Shown piece by piece: positions 54,401 to 64,000 of a stretch of DNA of 64,000 nucleotides. The notes beneath the pieces are model-generated. The model made no database searches, was not told the DNA's origin, and was given only the letters and a program-made list of their open reading frames with translations. Within the stretch, counting starts at the first letter, position 1. Each line of letters begins with the position of its first letter. The position numbers were made by a program, and so were the translations under genes. Source of the stretch: Yuukianura sp. NJ FZ-2021 (taxonomy: Eukaryota); the NCBI GenBank assembly GCA_046563655.1, contig CM102286.1, forward strand, positions 7,378,001 through 7,442,000, given 5' to 3'.

Positions 54401-57400
54401 AATCTCATATCTCATACTCAAAGCCAGAAATCTCCTCTACAAAGTTAACCAAAGTTGGAACTTTTACTACTTTCCGTTTTTCCACACAATCTTCAATCTC
54501 ACCCTCCGATTTCTTACTTTTCCTTTTCCAAAAAAGAAAAAAAGAAAATCCGCCCTTTGTTACATTTTTTTTACTGAAACACATCTACACAAAAACTTTC
54601 GTGAAAAGTTAAACTAAAGTTAGAGGTCAAGAAAGTTGAAACCACCGACAACAAAAAATCGATAATACGATAGTCTTTGAATCCTAACAATTTAGTAGCT
54701 GATAGAACTTTAAAAAGTTATACGTCTCGAACTCTCAAAATTTTGAAATATTGAAAATGAAACTGAGAAAAAATTTAGTAGCTGATAGAATTTCAAAAAT
54801 TTATCTATCTCAAACTCCCAAAATTTTGAAATATTCAAAATGAAACTGAGAATTACATATTCAAAAGCACAGCATTTTATTTAAAAAATTAGTTTTTTAA
54901 GTTTTAGCACACAAAACAATTTCCAATTAACTACCCTATTAAGTTTGAGCTATAAGAAATGAAACGTGACTCCCGTAGAATAAAACAAAGGACAAATTTT
55001 ATATGCTCCATTGACTTTCTCCTTTCCATTTCCCCCGACTTTTTCCAATTCACGCATCATGCTAACTTGCTCATTTTTTATGAAATTTTAGATGGAATGA
55101 TACATAATATCCGCTTCTTTTGTGCAAACTAAAAGCCAGGGAGTCTCCTCCCATTTAGCTCCCGCCCCGAAAGTGCATTCGGTCGTTGACAATGCAGCAT
55201 GATGGAGCAGCTACAATAGATTATTTTTAGATCAAATTTTTGATCATTTCGAGTAACACTTAAAAACAACTGTATCTGTTACAAACTCAACAAAAAATTA
55301 ACACAACAAACAGCAGGAGTAGGTAGACCTAACGCACATCCATGCAGCAGAGCACAACTTACGACCAATTTCACGTCTTTCTGACGGGATCACTTTGATT
55401 AATGAGTTTCAAACAACTTTTCCACAAATAATCAGTATTTCAAAGAAAAGCGACTCGATCCGTCTATTCCGACATCAAAAAGTTCCAGTACAAACAATTT
55501 CCGATTTACAAATTTTTGCAGCGTCATTTTATCTGCCGAATACACCAGGGTTGGCAAAATGATTGTGACTGACGTTTATGACTGACGTTAGTAACGTTTG
55601 TTACCGGACCCCCATTGTCACAATCAAAAGTACGTCATTTTCATTTTTTTATTTCACGTGAGTATATCCTGTGTGCTTTGTGGAAAAATGAGGTGGAGGA
55701 GCGAATTTGTACCAAAAACGAAGCAAAACATAGTTTTGTCGGGTTATATATATTTACCTTCCCTGTTCGCTATCTTCGGTCATCAGTTACAGAAGTTATT
55801 GTACCAATAGTTTTACAAAAATTGTAATTAATGTTAACCGTTAACAATTCCACGCGGCAGAGATCCAGTTTGGGATCACTTTGAATTGAGCCTGAACTAA
55901 ATCCCCACTTCCCATGTACTGTCGTCCCTCACAACCTAAAAACGACACTCTGGAAATGGGGAATTATGGTGGCTAGCAAGAAAAAGATGTCCACAAAAAT
56001 TAAATTCAACGTTTTTCAAATTTTCTATTTTAGGAAAAAATTGACCACTGATGTTAAATTTAGAAATACAGTTCTAATTAAAAGTGTCAGCTTATTTATG
56101 TTTACAAAACTGACGTAAATTACCAAAAGTAATTATCCCAATCCCAAACACTTTGTTTACAAAAACGTGGAAACTCATGTACAATTCCACCTATTTAGTG
56201 TATTCAACAGTGAATCTAAAACCAAACTTTGTAAAACATTACTAAAAATATACCCACGTTGGTAAGAGTAATCCAACCGCAAGTACACAATAGGGGATAA
56301 TTAGTAGCACAAAGGCATGTGTCAGCACATTTTGTTTTGTCTTGCCTTGGATGAAAATGGAACTCCCGGGTTTTGGGTTTAAAACGTTCTTTTATACCGA
56401 GGAATGTAGCGTGAAACTCATTTCCAGCCACATGGGATTTCACAAAACAAAAACGAAAACTCCTGTTTCTGTTTCGTCAAAACGGAAAATGCTTGTATTC
56501 AACATTTGCTAGATTACTTTGTCCCCTTTTATGGAACTTTATAAGCTGCCAAATAACTTCGTTCTGTTGTAACTTCCATAAATTCCACTTTAGTTTAGCT
56601 TCCACTTTAAACTTTAAAGCTAAAACACCATAAACACAACAAAAACAGAAGCTTGCTCATAGCCATGCCCATGTTTATGAAAACTAAAACGCCCTGCAGG
56701 AGATTAATTTGGAATACAAAAGAAAAAATACAGTTTCACAAAAACTCAAATTTTTAAATCCGTTTCATGTATCAACTTCGAAAACTTTCTCCAGCATCGA
56801 AATCAGAAATATAATTTTACATTCGAATATTTAAAAAAATCAAAATCATAAAGTTACAATTTTGGGAATTTAGAAAATTGACACAATTTTCACTGAAAAA
56901 GTAAACCATGCCGCATCGCTGTACAAATTATACAAGCATATGTTTGCGGTTTGACAACAAATTCCCCAAAAATACAGTCGAAGTAAAGTACCCAATACTG
57001 TTTGAATAGGCGAACAGGGTTTTAAAAAAGACCGTCCCCCTTTCATATTCAATGTCACCCCCTCGTGTCCAAATTCGACCGATTTGTCAAGGAGAATATA
57101 TGTACATCTCCATTTCATTTGTACCACACCACACCAAATTGAAAACACACGTTCATAACTTAATCTGTTCAAAAACCTTAGAATAGAACAGATTTAACCA
57201 TAACCAAAAATTATGGGGTGAGCACAATGCACCTAAAACCAATGAATAGCATTTTAGTATTTGCATGGTAAATAAAAACAAAAAACCCGCATTCGGTACT
57301 GAATGGTGTTAAAACCGGGCGAAATACAACAATTGAATTTGGACTTGATTTATAGTGCAGCTTCACCTGCCTCGTCCGATACTGACATAGAGTTGACTTT

Positions 57401-60400
57401 TGCCTCATCTCTACGTCTAGTCTACGTACAATCCAAAACCGAATGAAATTTCGAAATTTTCATAGAACAAACATCAGAACCTGAAGTGCTTTTTCTGAAA
57501 CTTCAACCTCCCGTTTGTAAAGATTCAAGTCGAAAGGAAGTAATCAATCAAAATTTACTAACTATTTAGTAAGGAAAACCACAACTAAACTAATTAGCGA
57601 TTCCAACTCAAGTGGCAACTTCAATTCAATTTCAAAACATTTCGAAAGACCCGAAGTCGGACTAAATTGAAAGTTTAGACTTTAGACATAGCCCAGGAGT
57701 AAAAACTTGATAGGGAGAAGACTACCTTGTCATTTAAATTCACTTAGCTCCTTCAAAGTTTCCAGTGGTACTAAAACATTATCCAGAAATTATCATGTCA
57801 TGTTTCAATCCATTCCCATTATTACAAAGTTACTTATGACCCTACATTAATGTTTCGGAGTTTCAGAATTACATCTTCCACGAGGACCACCGGAGAGATC
57901 AGATCCTTCATCCTGCTCATTTTACTAAAGAAATATTACTTTATTCCTGTAATTACGTTCACCAGGTGGGAAATACGTTATTTCCCTCTTCCGTTACTAC
58001 ATTCACTTTTTCCTAATTTCAACCATCCCTCATCATAATGTGTCAATCAACCATTATTAACTTTCCCTCAACTAGCACAATTATCCTCTACTTTGTTCAG
58101 ATCCCTCGCGGTTCCCATCATCAGCCCTCTTCCAGTGCATCCATTTCTGGATTCTGTAATGAATGGATACAGTTAAGTGCTTCTGCATGCATCCTGCAAC
58201 GATTACATCCATTGTGCAGTGCATTACATCCGTAAACTAACCTTCCCATGGATTAACGGCAATATCTGTACTCTGAACGAAAACCAGAGAAAGTTAAGGC
58301 AGGGAAAGCAACTCTGCCATTAGCACGACACAAGACCTTAATCGAATAAAATTCGGGAAACTACAGTGGGAAAACGACTTGTACTGAGGGAAAATTACAG
58401 AAAATTCGGTTGGAGTAGTCGACAACTTTACAAGGCCAAGAACATCAGTAAATGATTCTCGTGAGAATTGCCAGGAAATTGCAGTGTAGATATAATTTTA
58501 ATTACTTGGATCACCGTCAAGAATTAAGTACAGGGGGATTACTGACCGTAAGCTATACAACTTCGGTGGCCGCAGTTCCGTGTATGTTTGTCCTTTCCAG
58601 GAAGTACACGCCTTTCCCGGAACACCGTCCAGATCTATTACATATACTAACCTATTGCATATACTGCCAACGTAACATATTACATTCGACTAACCTAACC
58701 TATTACATATAACTGTTCAAACAAAGGAGAGAAAGTGTTTCGCACTACCGCCAGTACTTGGAAACAACCAAGAGATTACTTTATTCCCTTGATCTCTTTA
58801 CAGCCCTCGTACACGAAACGTTACAAAATTTCTAGTTCCGCCTAAAAGTAAATACACAAAGCAACTTCTACTTTCCCCGGCAGCTCCTAGTGTGAGTTTG
58901 AAGTCTCTGAAGTTGTATGCACTCTACGTTACATTATTAAATGCAACGTTACCGAACCGTGCCCTTGACATTTTAGGGTAATTAAATACATTTGCATTCA
59001 TTACACTTACCCCCATCAGCCACTCGATTTCTCTTCCAGCACCATCAGCCTAATGAATTTTTAAAAAGAGCCTCAAAACATGTTCCTTTTAGGAGAACAA
59101 ACTACCCGCAAATGCCCGGATCTCCTTTACGTTTTAGTTCAATTCCAGGAAATGGGTTTCGTCTTTTACAAGGATTATTTTATCTCGAAGTTACGTGCCG
59201 AATGGCTCTGGGCCTCCGTGGTGGGAAGATTCAACTTGAATCATCCAGAAAAAACACAAAAGGGGAAAGAGAAAGTTTAGTAGTGAAAGTGCATGGTTCA
59301 CTTCCCCCTAAAACCAATATATGCTTTTACTTAACTGTTTAAAACGCCGCAAGGCAACTCCCCACATTTCAACCACAATTTCAACAGCCCAGGCCCTACT
59401 GCCCAAATTTTCCAATTAAAAAGAAACAAAAGCCGCGGAGATTTTAATAAAACGGAGGAGAAAATGGCACAATCGGACGGAACTTGTTGAAATTTTGGAA
59501 AAATGAATCAAGTTATTTGAAACAACCGAGAAATGGCTCAAATGACAGACCGGAGGGAGATGAGAAGCAATTACATAAATGGTGACAAAATGTAACCAGG
59601 TCATAAATCTAAAGGGCATCTACCCTTGTCCCTAATTCCCCCTTCAAGTCTTCCAGCCGAATAGATTTCATCCCGAATACTGCAATACTGCAGTAGTAGG
59701 AGCTCCTTTTCCCACTAAATGACTAGCACTAACATCCATTTTCAATGAAATCTTTTGTATTCCATGCCCGATGTCTCCCGTATGCTCAACAATGACCATG
59801 TATTACTTGACTTTGGTCCTACTGTTCACCGAAACCACTCGGTTCCACTTTCCAAACAATTCAAAATGCCTCCTCAATAGATTGTAACGTCAATTGTTCC
59901 ATTCAACCCTACAGTAGTTCCTTCCCTTGTCACCAAAAGGCACGATCCCTGCTTTCCGAAGACCATGGTCAAGTTAGCATGTGCTCTTTCCGGAAAATTA
60001 CGTAATCTGAACAATTGAAAAACCCAGCGACTTTCTTCATGTAATTACTACAAGGAAATTGAAATTTTTCCCAATACTGTGCTAATCTTCATTCTTCAGT
60101 CAATCCCGCCATTATAATCGAGTGACAATCGTCGGAAACCTCAGATTGAAGGAAATAAATTTCTCCTTGCACCTCATCTATTGCTGTGAGTAAAAGTGAC
60201 TTTTCACTCAATGCTTGAAACACAGAAAATGCTGTTTCTAACACAGTCGACACAGCTTCAAGTTGTGCTAAATACCAAAATGGAAGAAAAAAACAAGACT
60301 GACAATCCTGGCTTTCGGTTCATGAGATTTTGAACTCCATAGTAGTTCAAATGATAAGCTTTTCGGTTTTAAGAATCCCGTTGAGGGACAGTGTTTGTCT

Positions 60401-62473
60401 TTTAGTTTACGACGCTTTAAAAGTTGATTTAGCACCACGCTAAGTTAGGTTGAAAAATGATAATCTATCCTGGTTTTTAGTCTTTTAGTTTTTACGACTA
60501 TTGTTACCTACCCACCCCTACGCTTAGATGCTTGGAAGTTGCAAAGTAACAACGTGGCGGGAGGGTTTGAGTGACTGACGAAGTTAAAATTTCCTTGGAA
60601 GGAAGTGGGATGCTGCAGCTGCCCACTTCTAAATCTGTAACAAGATAGCATCCCTGATCCTTGAAATTCCCGGGTATTAACCTTGTCATCTCCCGCCGTT
60701 CAACTTAATGTCCGGCAACAGGGAGTCCAAATTCAAAAATCAAAGATAACAAGCATCGCCTAGAAGTTGAAGCATTTCTTCACATTGTCGTTAAACAATG
60801 GGGAAATTTCAAATTTCGATTGAAATTTCAATTTCATGCATGTATTTTCCGTAATATGTAGATTTCTGCGACTCGGGTAACAATTCCAAGCTAAACTGAA
60901 CAGAAACAGAAACTTTCCATAAGTCATAGCGAATTTTCATAAACTTTGAAATTTTCTGACATTGAGACTGACATGAGATTGCTGTTTACGTGTCTAAAAA
61001 TTTGTTAGACTCCATTTTAGTCTAATGTTTTCTGCCTGCACACAACAGTGAAGTCGCCAGAACTCAAAACTGCTGTTTCAACTTCTTAAAATGCTTTTGA
61101 ATTGAAGGTTAGAAGGGCGGTTGTTGTTTTTTAAAGACCCCTGATGCTAGATTGTCTTTCGCCAACGAATGTGCAAATAAAAACAAGAAAAGTGAAGTCC
61201 AATAATGAAATGAAACTGAAATTAACTGGTATGAACTGCAAATTTAAAAGTCAAAAAGGACCGACCGGTTTTTACCAGCCGTTTACTCTGCATATTAAAT
61301 CTAATGATTTTGATTTTGAATCTAGGTAATAAGACAAGTGAAACCTAGAAGTTTAATTACAGTGCAAATATTGGAAGCCAAAGGTAGTCAATACGGAGCA
61401 CAAGATAGTAACAGCCTTAACTTTAATCGTTCCGTGTTTTGAAATAATACATACAATTGTCAAACCTGAGTCATCTTTTATCGACCACTCACAGTTAAAC
61501 CTCCCATGGACTCATTCGCTTATCGTGCTAGCTAACGGATGTATAGGTGAGCCATATGAGTTCCTATTCAACCTAAATAGCATATACGGATCTGCACGAG
61601 CGAATTGATTAAATGCCAAATGTGAAAAGTCAGAGAAAAGTTAACTTTTTCCAAAGTTTCCCTGTACAAAAGAAACCAGGTCGGCCGTCGCAGGTGAAAG
61701 TAAGAATCGATACCTGAAAAAAACCTTATGGTGCGAAATACGAAAAAAAAATCGCAAGTTCCAAAATTTACTTCATTATAGCATCATTTCTCAGAGAAAA
61801 ATACGATTCGGACTGGTGATAGATATGACTCAGCAATGAAATAATGAAAAGGAAAACTTGCCGAGAATTTTTCTTTTTCTTAAAAAAACTTGTAGTTTTC
61901 TACGTAACGCTTTCCTATGCCCCGGCCGCATTTCAGAGTTTTCCTATGCTTTAACATGTCGAGTTCTCGACTTGCCCCAAACAATTTCAGCAAAATGAGG
62001 ACCAATTCAACGTTTTTGCGACGTAAACTAACGTTTTTGCGACGTAAACGTAACGTTTCTGCGACGTAAACGTAACGTTTCTGCGACGTAACAAAAACTG
62101 AGCTGCTGGGTAGCAAGAGCAACTCACTAACTAGTGTTTACGGTATTGTTTTTATAGTAAAGGCTTTTAGCAATTTCATTTCCGGCTTCATGTCAATCGT
62201 TTCTTTGCTAGCAAAGAGTAGAATCAGAGGAAAATGGCCGATTAAAAATCTTAGCTACAAAACGGCAAAACCTAACCTAGCATTGCACAGAATGAACTAA
62301 CGTTAAGCACCACAACCTTCTTCTTATTGTTGTCCGGAAATTAAGAAGTGGCAAACATGAACTACGAAATTAAAGAAAACGGATCGTTTCTTACCGGTGG
62401 TGGCGAAGACGGCTGATGTCGTAAGGCTGAAGCTGAGAATAAGCGTTGTCCATGTCCACCGTATCGGTGACAT
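24406..62473 (-). CDS. Fas2: Fasciclin II / NCAM-family cell adhesion molecule (signal peptide, 5 Ig, 2 FN3, TM, PDZ-binding tail)
   Basis: Signal exon 62473-62395 (MSPIRWTWTTLILSFSLTTSAVFATT, phase 1) joins exon 30697-30514 (VRPSDGEKLEIWP...TCSG...IKWYWPDG). Further Ig exons (~29031-26807) carry DAGIYRC, DEAVYKC, DHGTYTC and DDGLYNC. FN3 exons lie at ~26650-25848. TM is LIIVAAVIVVLLTIVLVDFACC (~25159-25019). Last exon 24460-24406 reads DAKVNGNGSATLPANTFV*. Confidence 0.85.
25553..25701 (-). CDS. Fas2: Candidate alternative terminal exon of Fas2 encoding a GPI-anchor signal
   Basis: Acceptor ..ttttcgtgcag is in phase with the FN3 donor at 25848. It encodes NGKGNLRRVAASASPCNFSITMAGSTGLSLISAFSLYFTIIGLSGPCPY* (small residues, then a hydrophobic tail). 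Confidence 0.65.
34224..34937. mobile_element. 714-bp foldback/MITE-like element with ~250-bp modular inverted arms
   Basis: Arms consist of tandem (A/G)ACATCGAC units, inverted as GTCGATGT at the right end. 8-bp direct repeat AAAACGAT at 34216-34223 and 34938-34945. The spacer has (TAACC)n and a cgcgcc-ttc-ggcgcg hairpin. Confidence 0.85.
37842..38043. mobile_element. TA-flanked pogo/Tigger-like MITE, copy 1
   Basis: TA|cagtagaacct...aggttctactg|TA; internal similarity to 53539-53760. Confidence 0.8.
44792..44924. mobile_element. 133-bp TA-flanked MITE
   Basis: TA|ccgtaaatcttcaaata ... tatttgaaaatttacgg|TA. Confidence 0.7.
46338..46423. mobile_element. 86-bp TA-flanked MITE remnant
   Basis: TA|ccgtattttccctgaaata ... 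tattccaggaaatacgg|TA. Confidence 0.55.
48682..49143. mobile_element. 462-bp hAT-type MITE
   Basis: TIRs tagggatgccccgaatatt / aatattcggggcatcccta; exact 8-bp TSD CTAACAAG (48674-48681, 49144-49151); subterminal CCGAATA repeats. Confidence 0.92.
50322..50922. mobile_element. ~600-bp near-perfect palindromic (foldback) element
   Basis: aaaggccgacgtagttcgcttatggg... pairs with ...cccataagcgaactacgtcggccttt. Arms of ~280 bp flank a ~40-bp spacer at ~50603-50641. No clean TSD is visible. Confidence 0.85.
53539..53760. mobile_element. TA-flanked pogo/Tigger-like MITE, copy 2
   Basis: TA|cagtagaacc...gattctactg|TA; shares tgttagaat, tacggta and agagc.tgttgcgcaa with 37842-38043. Confidence 0.8.
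54689..54852. repeat. Tandem duplication, two ~83-bp units
   Basis: aatttagtagctgatagaa...caaaattttgaaatatt.aaaatgaaactgagaa occurs at 54689 and 54772. Confidence 0.85.
62009..62092. repeat. Minisatellite, four 21-22 bp units
   Basis: aacgttt(t/c)tgcgacgtaaac(g)t repeated four times. Confidence 0.9.
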
Positions 62474-63837
62474 TGTTGGTCAGAGCGAGTTGACCTCTTC
62501 AGAGATACTTGTTGTACGTTAATTGATTCAGTCAGGAACTGTCAGAGGTTGTTAAGATGGTGTAAATGATGAATTCCTTGGAGATCTGGAACAAGAGAGA
62601 CAGTCGTCAGGAGTACGTCCGTGCTGATCGAATGCTGGAGACACAATGACTTTGAATTAAGATTGAGAGGGAGAGAGAGCAAGAGGTAGACAACACAGTG
62701 CAAGGGGAGCGTTAGTGCATGGAAATTCCATTCCCTCCACTGCACTGGACACGGCGCCTCTTTATCTCCAAAGGCATTTCCTCCCTTACATTTAACTAAA
62801 CAATTTGTTTGTATCATTTGCATATTTCCGTACATAAAATGCGTTCCAAAAAATGCGAATTTACTATCACGTATCTTTCTATTTATAGTTCCGCAACGTT
62901 AACCAATTGAAGATTAAAGAAAAGATTAAACAAATCGAGATTCAATTGAGTTGCCAATTTCAAATTAACTTTTCAATTTCAACTGAAATAAAAATAGAAT
63001 TAAAATATTGAATTGAAACAAATTCAACGTCGCGTCGTGTTCGTTCGTGGTTTGTAATGAAATGAACATGTCAAATGTCATGTCATGTCAGTCTCACTCA
63101 AGACGAAAGGTTACACAAAAGGAAATTGCAAATGGAAAATCGCGATCTGCCTATAATGAAATAGCGTTTCTTATGTAATGAAATTCAACATCGTTCGTGC
63201 AAATTACGTAGTTAGATTTTTTTTTTTTGGAAACTTTTAAAAATTTGCAACAATTTTGACAAGATTACGAACGAACGATCACCTGTAATGTTCTGCTGGA
63301 GGAACACAACAACCGGGAATGTGTATAAATTATGCAAAATATAGCTGGGTTTTTACCTCGTTTCTGTTTTTCCAAAAGTTTAACACAGTCCGTGACTATT
63401 GGTAAATTCCAATTACAGGTGAATCCTCTTTTTAGCTGGATCGATGCCTTGTTACCCCAAAATGCCAAATAACTCCGCTGTTTTTTGAATAACAAAAGAA
63501 CACGACATGAAACTTTGGAATCCAAAGTTCGGATGATGTTGGCGGCTTGTTCGGCTAGTTAATGTTTTACGTTAATCACGTTTTGGCAAATTAGTTTTCA
63601 ACTTTGCAAGCTAACTTAGCGTAAGATGAAACTGTCCGTTGAGGATCGGGCTCAATGACCTCTGAATTCCGTGGAATCACACAGGTAAGATAAAAGTCTA
63701 TGCTTGCTTACAGTTCAACAATCTGAATCCAACTGAATACTAAAGATTTCAAACTGAAAGAGTGAATCTTCACCACTTCAAACTAATAAAAAATAGATAT
63801 ACCTGTGATGTAATAAGGTAGGTTAGCCCAACGGTTT

Positions 63838-63918
63838 TTACTGGATCCACTTTTGTTTAGTAGCCTCGGGCAGCCATGACATGCTGCCAATCGCAGCCTG
63901 CCATCCGCCGTCCTCATA
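63838..63918 (-). CDS. Possible terminal coding exon of a gene extending beyond the window
   Basis: Acceptor ..ttaacatag followed by a GC-richer frame YEDGGWQAAIGSMSWLPEATKQKWIQ*; product not recognised. Confidence 0.35.
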   Translation of the reverse strand, partial: YEDGGWQAAIGSMSWLPEATKQKWIQ

Positions 63919-64000
63919 CTATGTTAATATCTTCTTTGTTTTGTAAAGTTACCAGATTAAATTAAAACAAAACTACTAAAGTACTGTGGGATACTAATTG

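Noticed and set aside
30996..62122. Dozens of 60-130 aa ORFs in Fas2 intron 1 as possible nested genes
   Set aside because: No recognisable domains or consistent exon chains; composition fits chance ORFs in AT-rich, strand-skewed intron DNA. Small nested genes cannot be fully excluded.
63265..63560. Minus-strand ~90-aa ORF upstream of the Fas2 promoter
   Set aside because: No recognisable homology, and no credible start or exon linkage could be established.

Overview
Eukaryotic DNA with GT-AG introns mostly 50-100 nt long. Gene content points to an arthropod, possibly a springtail-like hexapod (inference only). The first ~23 kb is a dense cluster: a cytosolic carboxypeptidase (CCP2/3-Nna1 type), an uncharacterised Lys-rich U1/matrin zinc-finger gene, LRRC57, ESF1, NAA30, COA6, COPS8, a pogo/CENP-B-type DNA-binding-domain-only gene and a GlcAT-I glucuronosyltransferase. 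The remaining ~40 kb is a minus-strand Fasciclin II (NCAM family) gene. Its signal-peptide exon (62395-62473) lies across a ~31.7 kb first intron containing several MITE/foldback elements. Fas2 has a candidate GPI-anchor terminal exon and a transmembrane isoform ending in a PDZ-binding motif (NTFV*). The most unusual structure is at 12.35-15.67 kb. There, a ~730 bp duplication (ESF1 3' end plus NAA30 3' exons) brackets a 1.67 kb insert made of an unrecognised 3-exon gene joined to a diverged copy of the Fas2 last intron, last exon and 3'UTR. Exon boundaries were read by eye and some may be off by a few bases.
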